NCBI GenBank assembly: GCA_963543925.1
Contig: CAUUCP010000006.1
Span: 1,776-65,775 of the forward strand
Source of the DNA: an uncultured Bacteroidia bacterium
GTDB lineage: Bacteria > Bacteroidota > Bacteroidia > Bacteroidales > CAJPTX01
DNA: 64,000 nt
Direction: 5' to 3'
A program made the translations under genes and the position numbers. The notes below the pieces were generated by a model. The model worked only from the letters and a program-made list of their open reading frames with translations, made no database searches and was not told the origin of the DNA. Shown here one piece after another: positions 1 through 9,705 of the stretch. The number at the start of each line of letters is the position of its first letter. Position 1 is the stretch's first letter.

Positions 1-2063
1 ACACCGCGGTATGGCAACCTCTTTATCTCAAGATGATGGAGGATGTCTATCGACAACACAAAGAGGTTACGGGCTTTTGGGATAGTTACGAGTATGCAGC
101 CTATCGTCCAGGGTATACCAAGGATTACGGGCGTACGACGCGTTCCTTGAATGTGGATGAGAACGGGCAGTTTGTGGTTGAGGTTTTGGAACTCTCCTTG
201 GACGGAGACTACGGACCGTATGAGACATTTAAGCAGCGTAATGTTGCCGATATCTGGGATCCGTATCTTGACACGACAACCCAAGGGCACGAACACGGGA
301 TTATGATGACCACCGTAGGGGCGCCCATACAAAAAAATAGTCGCTATGCAGGGTTGGTTGGGTTAGATATCTCGCTCTCTTGGTTGCAAGATCTTATCAA
401 GGGGATTAAGCCTTTTGAGGGGAGTATCCCTTTCCTCTTATCCGGAAAGTCGCGTGTGGCGTCGTACCCGAACGATTCGATGCTGAATAAGAGTATCGAC
501 GACCTCTTTGGTATTGTAGCGAGGAATGAGAATCTCGAGGAGCGGCAGCGCAAGGGGCTCTCTTCCACCTTTGTCTACGAAGACTCTCTCTCGGGGCTCG
601 ATTACTACGTCTATATTGCTCCGATCTCGGTGACTGGGGCACACTCGCATTGGGGGATGGGGATTTGTGTACCTCTGGGGGTTATCACGCACAGTGCCGA
701 TGAAAGTCTGAAGGTCGCCATCTTGGCAGGCTTGATCGGAACGATTTTCCTTATCCTCGCCTTGTGGTGGATAGCGGCGCATATCTCGCGTCCTATACTC
801 CAGATGACCGAGATGCTCAATATCCTAGCCCAAGGAGACCTCGATTCGGAGCAGAATATCAAGATCCACTCGGGTGACGAGCTAGAGTTGATGAGCTTTG
901 CGATGAATCGCTTGCTCAATGGTTTACGACGGATGAACGAGCTCGCCAAGAGTATCGAGAGTGGAGACCTTACACGAGATATTTCGCTCTTGGGACCGAA
1001 GGACTCGCTCGGGAAGTCGCTCATCTCCATGAGGAATAGTCTTCGTGAGGCGCGAGCAGAGGAGGCTAAACGCGAGCAGGAGAATAGTCATCGCGCATGG
1101 GTGAACCGAGGGTTGGCGGAGTTTAGCAAGCTCCTGCGAGAGAATTCCAACAACCTCGATATGTTGTGCGAGAGCTTCCTCTTTCGTATCGCACACTATG
1201 TCAATGCCGAGATGGGGGCGCTCTACCTTCGCGACGACGAACGTTATCAGCGACGGCAGGAGGACGAATATCTCTTGAAAGTCTCCTATGCTTGGGGCGA
1301 GAAACGTTATCTGCAAGGAAAGTTTAAGCGAGGTGAGGGGCTCATCGGTTCGTGTGCTATGGAGAAAAAGCACATTTACCTGACGGAGATCCCGAAGGAC
1401 TTCTCTGTTATCATGGCTGGGGTGGGACAGGCTGCCCCAAAAGGGGTCTTGATCGTACCTATGCTCCATGAAGGGGAAGCGATTGCCGTACTCGAACTGG
1501 CTTCCTTCGAGCCATTCCCCTCCCATGTGATTGACTTTCTGAATAACCTCTCGGTCTATGTTGCGGCGAGTCTTTTCACCGTACAGGTGGGGATGAATAC
1601 ATCGCAACTCTTAGCTCAGTCGCAAGAGCAAGCTGAGGAGTTGAAGGCGCAGGACGAGGAGTTGCGACAGAACCTCGAAGAGCTCAAAGCTACCCAAGAA
1701 GAAGCCGATCGAAAGAGGGAGGAGAACGAGAGTCTTTTTGTAGCTCTCTCCAATACGCTCTACTATGTAGAGTATAATCTAGAGGGCTTTGCCATCAACG
1801 CAAGCAACAACTATCTCGAACGTCTACAGATGACGCGCTCGCAAGTGATACACACCCACTTCTCCGACGGGTGTGAACTTCCCGGATGGGATCGGAAGCG
1901 TTTCGAAGCCTTCTGGAACGAGGTGCGCTCTGGAAAGTCCCGTAGAATAGAAACGAAACAGAGGATAGGCGATACGGAGATCTCTGTACTCGAGTTCTAT
2001 CTCCCGATGAAAGATGCGCAGCAACGAGTATACAAGATATTGAAGCTCTCATTTGAAGTCTAG
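1..2063 (+). CDS. membrane sensor: extracytoplasmic domain-TM-HAMP-GAF-coiled coil-PAS-like, no enzymatic output domain (5' partial)
   Basis: The frame is open to the window edge (codons from nt 3, no upstream stop). [24 protein letters not shown]; HAMP-like [21 protein letters not shown]; GAF-like [17 protein letters not shown]...[17 protein letters not shown]; coiled coil with EELKATQEE. Clear paralog of 39364..41295. Confidence 0.75.
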   Translation, partial: TAVWQPLYLKMMEDVYRQHKEVTGFWDSYEYAAYRPGYTKDYGRTTRSLNVDENGQFVVEVLELSLDGDYGPYETFKQRNVADIWDPYLDTTTQGHEHGIMMTTVGAPIQKNSRYAGLVGLDISLSWLQDLIKGIKPFEGSIPFLLSGKSRVASYPNDSMLNKSIDDLFGIVARNENLEERQRKGLSSTFVYEDSLSGLDYYVYIAPISVTGAHSHWGMGICVPLGVITHSADESLKVAILAGLIGTIFLILALWWIAAHISRPILQMTEMLNILAQGDLDSEQNIKIHSGDELELMSFAMNRLLNGLRRMNELAKSIESGDLTRDISLLGPKDSLGKSLISMRNSLREARAEEAKREQENSHRAWVNRGLAEFSKLLRENSNNLDMLCESFLFRIAHYVNAEMGALYLRDDERYQRRQEDEYLLKVSYAWGEKRYLQGKFKRGEGLIGSCAMEKKHIYLTEIPKDFSVIMAGVGQAAPKGVLIVPMLHEGEAIAVLELASFEPFPSHVIDFLNNLSVYVAASLFTVQVGMNTSQLLAQSQEQAEELKAQDEELRQNLEELKATQEEADRKREENESLFVALSNTLYYVEYNLEGFAINASNNYLERLQMTRSQVIHTHFSDGCELPGWDRKRFEAFWNEVRSGKSRRIETKQRIGDTEISVLEFYLPMKDAQQRVYKILKLSFEV

Positions 2064-2068
2064 GCGCG

Positions 2069-2938
2069 ATGAAGGGTATCATCTTAGCTGGAGGGAGCGG
2101 CTCGCGACTCTATCCCTTGACATATGCGGTGAGCAAGCAACTCCTACCGATTTACGATAAGCCGATGATCTATTACCCCCTTTCGGTGCTTATGCTGGCG
2201 GGGATTCGCGAGATTTTGCTCATCTCTACGCCGAACGACCTCCCGCTCTTTCAACGCCTCTTGGGCGACGGGAGCGATTACGGTATTCAGCTCTCCTATG
2301 CCGAACAGCCGCGTCCAGAGGGGTTGGCACAGGCTTTTATCATAGGACGGAACTTTGTGGGGCGGGACAGTGTCGCCCTCATCTTGGGAGATAATCTCTT
2401 TTACGGACAAGGTTTTAGTGCAATACTCCGCCAAGCGGTGGAACGTACCAATAAGGGGCTCGCCTCCATCTTCGGCTTTTGGGTCAACGAGCCAGAACGT
2501 TATGGTGTTGCAGAGTTTGACGACAAGGGAAACGTCCTGGGGATTGAGGAAAAACCCATTGTACCGAAAAGCCACTACGCCGTCGTGGGACTCTACTTTT
2601 ATCCGAACTCTGTACTCGACATCGCAGCGGAGGTCACGCCCTCCGCGCGTGGAGAATTGGAGATCACCTCGGTAAACCAAGCCTACGTAGCTCGGGGCGA
2701 ACTCCATTTGACACAACTGGGGCGCGGATTTGCATGGCTCGACACGGGGACACACGACTCTCTCCTCGACGCTGCTGACTTTATTGCTGCTATCCAGCGA
2801 CGACAGGGGCTGATGGTTGCCTGCCTCGAAGAGGTCGCCTACCGACAGGGATGGATCGAGCGAGAACATATCCTGCGGCGTGCAGCGCAGATGACGAACA
2901 ACGCCTATGGGAAATACCTTCTTCAATTGCTAAAGTAA
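2069..2938 (+). CDS. rfbA: glucose-1-phosphate thymidylyltransferase
   Basis: [18 protein letters not shown]...[17 protein letters not shown] is the hallmark RmlA N-terminus. Length is 289 aa. TAATG stop/start overlap with rfbB. Confidence 0.95.
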   Translation: MKGIILAGGSGSRLYPLTYAVSKQLLPIYDKPMIYYPLSVLMLAGIREILLISTPNDLPLFQRLLGDGSDYGIQLSYAEQPRPEGLAQAFIIGRNFVGRDSVALILGDNLFYGQGFSAILRQAVERTNKGLASIFGFWVNEPERYGVAEFDDKGNVLGIEEKPIVPKSHYAVVGLYFYPNSVLDIAAEVTPSARGELEITSVNQAYVARGELHLTQLGRGFAWLDTGTHDSLLDAADFIAAIQRRQGLMVACLEEVAYRQGWIEREHILRRAAQMTNNAYGKYLLQLLK

Positions 2939-3927
2939 TGCCTACGATCTTCGTGACGGGCGGAGCTGGTTTCATCGGTTCGAACCTCCTGCTGCACCTC
3001 GTGCCTCGTTACCCCGATACGCTGTTTGTGAACCTTGATAAGCTTACCTATGCGGGAAATCTAGACAACCTCCGCGAAGTAGAGCATGCACCAAACTACC
3101 GCTTCGAACAGGTGGATATCTGTGCTCTCGAGGCGCTACGTCGTCTCTTTGCACATTATCAACCCGAGGGGGTGATTCATTTGGCTGCCGAGAGCCACGT
3201 CGATCGCTCGATAGCGTCTCCGTTTGCCTTCGTAGAAACGAATGTCTTTGGGACGCTCAATCTGTTGCAATGTGCGAAGGAGGCGTGGGAAGGTGCTTAT
3301 GAAGGACATCGGTTCTACCACATCTCGACCGACGAGGTCTACGGGGCACTCGCGTTGGATGGTAGCCCCTTCCACGAGCTCAATCGTTACGACCCCCATT
3401 CTCCTTATTCGGCAAGTAAGGCGAGTAGCGACCACTTCGTTCATGCCTATGCCGACACCTATGGGCTTCCTATTCTGATCTCCCACTGTTCCAACAATTA
3501 TGGACCACGGCAGTACCAAGAGAAGTTGATTCCGCTGGTCATAGATCGTATCGTTCACTCGCAACCTATCCCCGTCTATGGAAAGGGGGAGAATATCCGG
3601 GATTGGCTCTTTGTAGAAGATCACGTAAGCGCCATAAAGGCAATTTATACGCACGGAACGGTCGGGGAGGTGTACAATATCGGAGGAGGCTTTGAAACGA
3701 CGAATTTGAGTATTGTACGCACGCTTGTGGGGCTAGTTGATGAGCGTCTGGGACGCCCCGTGGGTACGAGTCTTTCGCTTATCCAGTTCGTCGCCGACCG
3801 TTTGGGGCATGACTTCCGCTATGCGATAGATGCATCGAAGATTCGGAATTGCCTCGGGTGGATGCCAAAAACGTCGTTCGAAGAGGGGATTCGAACCACA
3901 GTAGACTGGTATCTAGCACGACGCTAG
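2938..3927 (+). CDS. rfbB: dTDP-glucose 4,6-dehydratase
   Basis: ATG at 2938 gives [16 protein letters not shown] (Rossmann GxxGxxG). YSASKASSDHFV carries the SDR YxxxK motif. The track ORF start at 2851 lies inside rfbA and is rejected. Confidence 0.93.
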   Translation: MPTIFVTGGAGFIGSNLLLHLVPRYPDTLFVNLDKLTYAGNLDNLREVEHAPNYRFEQVDICALEALRRLFAHYQPEGVIHLAAESHVDRSIASPFAFVETNVFGTLNLLQCAKEAWEGAYEGHRFYHISTDEVYGALALDGSPFHELNRYDPHSPYSASKASSDHFVHAYADTYGLPILISHCSNNYGPRQYQEKLIPLVIDRIVHSQPIPVYGKGENIRDWLFVEDHVSAIKAIYTHGTVGEVYNIGGGFETTNLSIVRTLVGLVDERLGRPVGTSLSLIQFVADRLGHDFRYAIDASKIRNCLGWMPKTSFEEGIRTTVDWYLARR

Positions 3928-3939
3928 GTCGCTAGCTAT

Positions 3940-4623
3940 TTATTCGGCATAGCGCGGTCTGACCTCCTTTTTGGTAGGGAGGTCTACGGTCATCTCCAGG
4001 TCGGTATTGATCTCGGTGGGTTCTATCTCGCGTAGGGTATAGTTTCTGGTCACGACGTAGTTCCCTTGTATGCGCTGGATGTGATCTAGGACTGCCTTGG
4101 CGTGCGAGCGTACGTTGGAGCAGTCGAGAATCTCTATCTGATTCTTGCTGCTATTAAGTCGCTCTTCACATTCTTGAATGAGCGTTGTGAGGTAATCTTC
4201 CTGCATTTGTCGCGTCTGTCGGAGTACAAGGAACGTATCTGCGAACTCTACTTTGTACATCGGTATGAGCGAGAAACAACCTTGGGAGATATAGAGGGTA
4301 TTCCCGCGGATGGTCCAGCGCCCGTCGATCTTATTCCCTGGAATATACCCCCATTTTTCGCGTATGAAGGGGTAATAGCTCATCCGTCCGTCATTTCGGA
4401 AGGAAAAGATGGTATGTGTGGCGGCGTCGCTGGAGAGAAATTTCATACTCTTGGTGTACTCCTCTACGGGAATCCCTTCGACTACTGGGAGACGTTTCGA
4501 AACCCATACCCCGGGGAGTTGATGCCTATATTTTGTCTCGTTGTCCGTATTGTATACGCAGGCGATAACGAAGATACTAAAGCTCGCCATGAGCAAGAGG
4601 TTGGGTAGGTCTAGTTTTTTCAT
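3940..4623 (-). CDS. hypothetical lipoprotein
   Basis: 227-aa ORF with signal peptide and lipobox (SIFVIAC). No recognisable family. Confidence 0.55.
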   Translation of the reverse strand: MKKLDLPNLLLMASFSIFVIACVYNTDNETKYRHQLPGVWVSKRLPVVEGIPVEEYTKSMKFLSSDAATHTIFSFRNDGRMSYYPFIREKWGYIPGNKIDGRWTIRGNTLYISQGCFSLIPMYKVEFADTFLVLRQTRQMQEDYLTTLIQECEERLNSSKNQIEILDCSNVRSHAKAVLDHIQRIQGNYVVTRNYTLREIEPTEINTDLEMTVDLPTKKEVRPRYAE

Positions 4624-4769
4624 CTTTCGTTAGAGTTGGCTCTAACTCCGAAGATGGCGCGACGAAGTCAAGAGAGTTCTTTCTAGCGTATACGAACACC
4701 GAAGGAATTTGTTTTTCTCTTTCCGGTCTGCTTCGCATTTGGAAGCCTAGGGCATACTGCCAGATTCGC

Positions 4770-4777
4770 TACCTTTG
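4770..4777 (+). promoter_or_regulatory. Bacteroidota -7 promoter box TACCTTTG
   Basis: Matches the TAnnTTTG consensus, 28 nt upstream of ATG 4806. Confidence 0.5.
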
Positions 4778-4805
4778 GGGGGAAATATATTAGGAAAGGC
4801 GATAG

Positions 4806-5627
4806 ATGGAGCGCGGAAAAATAGCGGTGGTGATTCACACCTTAAATGCAGAACAGTATCTCGAACGCGTGCTACGTTCTGTAAAGGGATTTGAACAAAT
4901 CGTCGTCTGTGATATGGAGAGCACCGATGCGACCCTTGCTATCGCCCAGCGTTACGGGTGCAAGATCCTAACACACCCCCCTGCGGGGTGCGCTGAGCCA
5001 GCGCGCAATTTCGCCATTCAGAGTGCCGACGCCGAGTGGGTCTTTGTGGTCGATGCCGACGAGTTGGTGCCCCCTGCACTGAGCGCCTATCTTAGGGCAC
5101 ATATACAGAAGGATAATCCAGAGGAAGGGGTGCGTATCCCTCGCAAAAACTATTTCTTGGGCCAATGGATGCACAATGACTACCCGGACTATACGTGTCG
5201 TTTCTTCCGACGCGACTGTGTCTACTGGCCACCCTACGTTAATACGCAACCCGAGATTAAGGGACGTGTCCTCACCATACCCGCTGCCCGCAGAGATCTC
5301 GCCTTTATCCATCTGATCAATCCCTCGGTAAGCTTGCGTTTGCAAAAGATGGATCGCTATACCGACCACGAGGTGGAGCGAAGAAAGCGGGAACGCGTCT
5401 CCTGGTTCAAGCTTCTCTTTGCGCCCTGGTTTCGCTTCTTCAAAGCCTATTGGATGAAAGGAGGATTCCGCGAAGGACGTGCGGGCTATATCCACGCCAA
5501 ACTGCAGGGAATGTACAAGTTCGCTACACTCGCAAAGCTCTACGAGGCGCAGCACACCCTATCCCCAGATCCCGAATTACAAGCTTTTTCCGAAGACTCC
5601 TCGTCGCCAACGGACACTGTCCGCTAA
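4806..5627 (+). CDS. family 2 glycosyltransferase
   Basis: IAVVIHTLNAEQYLERVL...VVCDMESTD..FVVDADE follows the GT-A fold pattern with DxD. Confidence 0.8.
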   Translation: MERGKIAVVIHTLNAEQYLERVLRSVKGFEQIVVCDMESTDATLAIAQRYGCKILTHPPAGCAEPARNFAIQSADAEWVFVVDADELVPPALSAYLRAHIQKDNPEEGVRIPRKNYFLGQWMHNDYPDYTCRFFRRDCVYWPPYVNTQPEIKGRVLTIPAARRDLAFIHLINPSVSLRLQKMDRYTDHEVERRKRERVSWFKLLFAPWFRFFKAYWMKGGFREGRAGYIHAKLQGMYKFATLAKLYEAQHTLSPDPELQAFSEDSSSPTDTVR

Positions 5628-5653
5628 TTCCTTTTTCTTAAGATACGAAAACG

Positions 5654-6730
5654 ATGCCAGAGGAACTCTACGTGGTGATCATGGCGGGCGGGGGCGGGTT
5701 GCGTCTCTGGCCAGCAAGTACAAAGCAACACCCCAAGCAATTCTTGGATCTCTTGGGCGGAGGGCGTACCCTCCTTCAGAGCACCTTTGACCGAGCCGTG
5801 CGCCTCACCCCTGCCACGCAGGTGCTGGTCGTCACTGCAGCGGAGTATGTATCTGCGGTGCATGACCAGCTGCCAGACCTCCCCGAGGCGAATATCTTGG
5901 GAGAGCCACGAAAGTGCAATACTGCCCCCTGTCTGGCACTCGCCGCCTTGTGGATCGAGCAGCGCTTCGGAGCACGCCTCGATAGTGCTACCATGCTTGT
6001 ACTCTCGAGCGACCATCATATCCCCGACCTCGACGCCTTTACACAGAGTGTCCAGCGCGCACTCCAGCATACCACCATACACCCCGAGGCGCTCATTACC
6101 TTTGGATTGCAGCCTACGAGACCCGAAACGGGCTACGGTTACATAGAGGTGACGGGCGGGGGAGAAAACGTGGAAAAAGTACGCTGTTTTAGAGAGAAGC
6201 CTAATTTAGCGACAGCACAAGCCTATTGTGCCGATGGACAACACCTCTGGAATAGTGGGATCTTTGTCTGGCGCGTGGCTGCCCTGTTACACGCCGTAGA
6301 GCGTTTCCTACCACAGGTATACGAGGCATTACTCCCATTACGAAAAAGCGCGCTGTGGACGGAAACGCTCCCCGATGCCTATGCCACTTGCCAAGAGGTC
6401 TCGATAGACACTGGAGTCCTCGAGCGTTCGACAGAGGTCTATGTCGTACGCGCAAGCTTCCCTTGGTCAGATCTCGGGGCATGGAGCTCCATTGCTCACT
6501 ATATGTCAGAAGACGAGACACAGAATGCACGACAGGGAGACCTTCTCCTCCGCGATGCCCACCACAACATCCTTCATATCGAAAAAGGGAAATTCCTAGC
6601 AGCTATCGGGCTCGAGGGCTACGTGGTCGCATGCCATGGAAACGCAATACTCATCTGTCCCGTAGAGCGAGAACAGGAGATCCGAGAGCTGGTAAAGGAG
6701 GTCGAAAAAAGTTACCCCGAGTACGTTTAA
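5654..6730 (+). CDS. manC: mannose-1-phosphate guanylyltransferase (no isomerase domain)
   Basis: YVVIMAGGGGLRLWPAS nucleotidyltransferase motif, then GYGYIE, NSGIFVW, SIDTGVLE. Length is 358 aa. Confidence 0.85.
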   Translation: MPEELYVVIMAGGGGLRLWPASTKQHPKQFLDLLGGGRTLLQSTFDRAVRLTPATQVLVVTAAEYVSAVHDQLPDLPEANILGEPRKCNTAPCLALAALWIEQRFGARLDSATMLVLSSDHHIPDLDAFTQSVQRALQHTTIHPEALITFGLQPTRPETGYGYIEVTGGGENVEKVRCFREKPNLATAQAYCADGQHLWNSGIFVWRVAALLHAVERFLPQVYEALLPLRKSALWTETLPDAYATCQEVSIDTGVLERSTEVYVVRASFPWSDLGAWSSIAHYMSEDETQNARQGDLLLRDAHHNILHIEKGKFLAAIGLEGYVVACHGNAILICPVEREQEIRELVKEVEKSYPEYV

Positions 6731-6760
6731 CCCAAACCTATCATACTAAATTATCGAGCG

Positions 6761-7847
6761 ATGCAGATTACCGCCGACATGGTCGCCGCCCTCGATCAGC
6801 GCGTCCTTGCGCTGGGGAGGCATCTTTGACATCCCTGGAAAACGAGAAGCACTCCTCCGCGAGCGAGAACTGACCACTCTAGACGGATTTTGGGACGATA
6901 GCAAGGCCGCTGAACAACAGCTCCGAAAGGTCGCAGCTATCGATAGTTGGATACAACAATTCGATCGCGTGGCAAAGGCTACCGAAGACTTTAACGTCCT
7001 ATACGACTTCTATAAGGCTGGAGATAGCTCCGAAGAGGAAATAGAAGCCGCATACAACGAAACCGTGCAAGCTATCGAAGAGCTAGAGCTACGTCAAATG
7101 CTCGGAAAAACAGAGGACGCCCTAGGCGCGATCCTCAAGATCAACTCCGGAGCTGGGGGCACCGAAAGCATGGACTGGGCCATGATGCTCATGCGGATGT
7201 ATCAACACTGGGCAGAGCACAACGGATATTCCTACAAAATCGCAGACTTACAGGAGGGAGAAGAAGCGGGGATAAAGTCCGTCACCATGGAAATCGTGGG
7301 GGAAATGGCATACGGATACCTCAAGGGGGAAAACGGTGTACACCGTCTCGTGCGAATCTCCCCCTTCGATGCCAATGCCAGACGACACACCTCCTTCGCT
7401 TCCGTATTTGTCGCACCCGCTATAGACGAGACTATCGAGATCATCGTCAACCCTTCCGAGATTAAGTGGGATACCTACCGATCCTCAGGCGCGGGGGGAC
7501 AGAATGTCAATAAGGTGGAAACGGGCGTACGACTCTACCATATCCCCACGGGGATCGTCGTCGAAAATACCGAGACGCGCTCCCAACTCCAGAACCGAGA
7601 AAATGCCATGCGCCTCTTGAAGTCCCACCTCTACGAACTAGAATTACGCAAGCGTGAGGAAGAAAAACGTAGAATTGAAGGCTCAAAGAAAAAGATTGAA
7701 TGGGGAAGTCAGATCCGAAACTACGTCATGCAACCCTACCGATTGGTAAAGGATCTTCGCACGAATTACGAGACCTCCGATGTACAAGGGGTATTAGACG
7801 GAGGGCTGAACCCATTCATCAAAGAATATCTCTTGCAGGGACTTTGA
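6761..7847 (+). CDS. prfB: peptide chain release factor 2, programmed +1 frameshift at 6824-6830
   Basis: The frame from ATG 6761 ([22 protein letters not shown]) ends at in-frame TGA 6827-6829. The +1 frame continues [10 protein letters not shown]... and contains the SPF and GGQ motifs ([31 protein letters not shown]). Confidence 0.92.
6815..6830 (+). promoter_or_regulatory. RF2 autoregulatory frameshift site
   Basis: Internal SD-like GGGAGG (6815-6820), 3-nt spacer, then slippery CTT TGA C (6824-6830). This is the canonical prfB arrangement. Confidence 0.9.
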
Positions 7848-7854
7848 CAAACAG

Positions 7855-8219
7855 GATACTGTCCTAAAAGAGTGTGTAAGCATCACAGCAACGGGGGAGG
7901 AAAAATTGGGGGAAATACCGCTTTATATTTTCCTCAATTCCTTATCCCCAAATAAGGTATGCTAGGAGTACACCAAGGCTACACTAACGCTACACGTGCT
8001 CTACACGCACTCTACACGTAGCAAATTAGGTAAAATTACCTACTCCAAAATAGCCCATACTCTATACGTATTTCTTTATTCTAGCACTCTATTATTTAGC
8101 TCATCGTATAAAAATAGCGCTTTAGGATTTCCTAAAGTGACAGTAGGCACTATGTGTATAAGGAACGCGCGCTGGGCGGCGAAATAAGCAGCCTGTAACA
8201 CCTTGTTTAGGGCAGTATA
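7855..8219 (+). repeat. MITE-like dispersed element, copy A
   Basis: Left end is GATACTGTCCTAAAAGAGTGTGTAAG. The reverse complement of the right end is TATACTGCCCTAAACAAGGTGTTAC. Internal CTACAC-type 11-12 nt tandem units. Homologous copies at 24070, 55507 and 61554. Confidence 0.8.
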
Positions 8220-8270
8220 CTCCCCATCTGTGGTAGGGACTCCTCCTCCCCTCCCCCCCCACATACACGG

Positions 8271-8308
8271 CAAAAAGAAACGGAGCTGATGCTGCAGCAC
8301 CAACTCCG
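8271..8308 (-). terminator. rho-independent terminator of the RRM gene
   Basis: On the - strand: CGGAGTTGGTGCTGCAGCATCAGCTCCG hairpin followed by TTTCTTTTTG. Confidence 0.6.
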
Positions 8309-8362
8309 TGAAAAATTCCTTGATCAAGAGAGCTTGCACAAGGAAAAATGGAGTACAAAGAC

Positions 8363-8647
8363 CTAGCGGTCGCCGTACCCTCCGCGATGCCCACCTTCGC
8401 GAGGTGCGCGTTCCTGTGCCACGTTCACTACTATCGAGCGACCCATCACGTCCGAACCGTTCAGTTCGTTGATGGCACGTTGCGCCGCCTGATCATCGGG
8501 CATCTCTACGAAACCGTAACCCTTGCTACGACCCGTGAGGCGATCCTTGATGATACGGGCATTCTGCACTTCGCCATAGTTAGAGAACAAAGCGCTCAGT
8601 TCGTCTTCTTGGTAACGATAAGGAAGACTTCCAACAAAAATGTTCAT
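8363..8647 (-). CDS. RRM-type RNA-binding protein
   Basis: NIFVGSLPY (RNP-2) and KGYGFVEM (RNP-1), plus a Gly/Arg tail. Length is 94 aa. Confidence 0.9.
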   Translation of the reverse strand: MNIFVGSLPYRYQEDELSALFSNYGEVQNARIIKDRLTGRSKGYGFVEMPDDQAAQRAINELNGSDVMGRSIVVNVAQERAPREGGHRGGYGDR

Positions 8648-8680
8648 TTCTCAAATAGAACTGTTAATCATACAACGTCC

Positions 8681-8688
8681 CAAATGTA
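8681..8688 (-). promoter_or_regulatory. -7 box TACATTTG (- strand)
   Basis: Reverse complement of CAAATGTA, 33 nt upstream of the RRM gene ATG. Confidence 0.45.
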
Positions 8689-8841
8689 CGACGGTATTTT
8701 GAAACAAACCACAAAGCAGAACACTTTCCTATTACCGAAAGTACAAGGGATATTACTTAAACAGTTAGTTACAAGTTTGTTGTAAAAAGTTAATGCTGTG
8801 AAAGTTTTTCCGCTCCGCTCTGTTTTTAGGCGCTTTTACGC

Positions 8842-8849
8842 TACTTTTG
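8842..8849 (+). promoter_or_regulatory. -7 box TACTTTTG
   Basis: TAnnTTTG match upstream of yggS. Confidence 0.4.
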
Positions 8850-8938
8850 TCTCGGAAACTGTTCGCATTTCTGTGCTATGCACTATGTAAGTGCGCTGTG
8901 TTGCGTTCTGGTACTTTCGTTTTTCAAAATATACCCCG

Positions 8939-9616
8939 ATGATGTCTATAGCTGTTGCCTTAGAAATTTTGCGTAGGGAGATCCCTGCAAACGTGACCCT
9001 CCTTGCGGTTTCCAAGACGCACCCTGTAGAGGCCGTGCGAGAGGCTTACGCTGCGGGGCAGAGAGCGTTTGGTGAAAATAAGGTCCAGGAGCTCGTCACC
9101 AAGGCGCAGACACTCCCCGCAGATATCGAGTGGCACCTGATCGGACACCTACAGACCAACAAGGTCAAAACCCTATTACCATTCGTCAGCTTAATCCACT
9201 CCGTCGATTCCCTAAAGCTCCTACAAGTCATTGAGAGCGAGAGCGCAAAGCTCGGACGTCGTACCCGGGTCTTACTACAGGTACACATCGCACAAGAGGA
9301 TACCAAGTTCGGATTTACCCCAGAGGAGGTCAGAGCCTTTTTCACCACAACCGATTGGAAAGCCTACAGCCACGTAGAGATCGCAGGACTCATGGGAATG
9401 GCATCAAATACTAACGATCGGGAGCAGGTGCGCCGCGAATTTCATTCCCTAAAAAAGCTTTTTGATGAAGTCAAGGGCGCTGGTGGACTCCTAGAGTATA
9501 TCTCCATACTGTCCATGGGGATGTCGGGGGATTATCCCATTGCAATTGCCGAGGGCTCTACCCTCATACGCGTTGGGAGTCGCATCTTTGGGGAACGGAG
9601 TTACACAAAGCACTAA
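8939..9616 (+). CDS. yggS: YggS-family pyridoxal-phosphate homeostasis protein
   Basis: LLAVSKTHP (PLP lysine context), HLIGHLQTNKVK, SMGMSGDY. ATG 8939 is preferred over the track's alternative start at 8891. Confidence 0.88.
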   Translation: MMSIAVALEILRREIPANVTLLAVSKTHPVEAVREAYAAGQRAFGENKVQELVTKAQTLPADIEWHLIGHLQTNKVKTLLPFVSLIHSVDSLKLLQVIESESAKLGRRTRVLLQVHIAQEDTKFGFTPEEVRAFFTTTDWKAYSHVEIAGLMGMASNTNDREQVRREFHSLKKLFDEVKGAGGLLEYISILSMGMSGDYPIAIAEGSTLIRVGSRIFGERSYTKH

Positions 9617-9690
9617 AGATGACTCTTCACAACGAGTTGGGGCGCGATAGTATACACTTGGGGCTTCTGGCGCGTTACTAGGGTATTTCA

Positions 9691-9698
9691 TACCTTTG
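9691..9698 (+). promoter_or_regulatory. -7 box TACCTTTG
   Basis: TAnnTTTG match 7 nt before ATG 9706. The second ATG at 9712 is also possible. Confidence 0.4.
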
Positions 9699-9705
9699 TC
9701 ACACA

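Noticed and set aside
7996-8187. Small ORFs inside the MITE copies (7996..8187; 61579..61950; equivalent frame in copy B)
   Set aside because: The copies differ by single-nucleotide indels (for example GTGACAGTAGG against GTGGAGTAGG), so no reading frame is conserved across copies. They are treated as non-coding.
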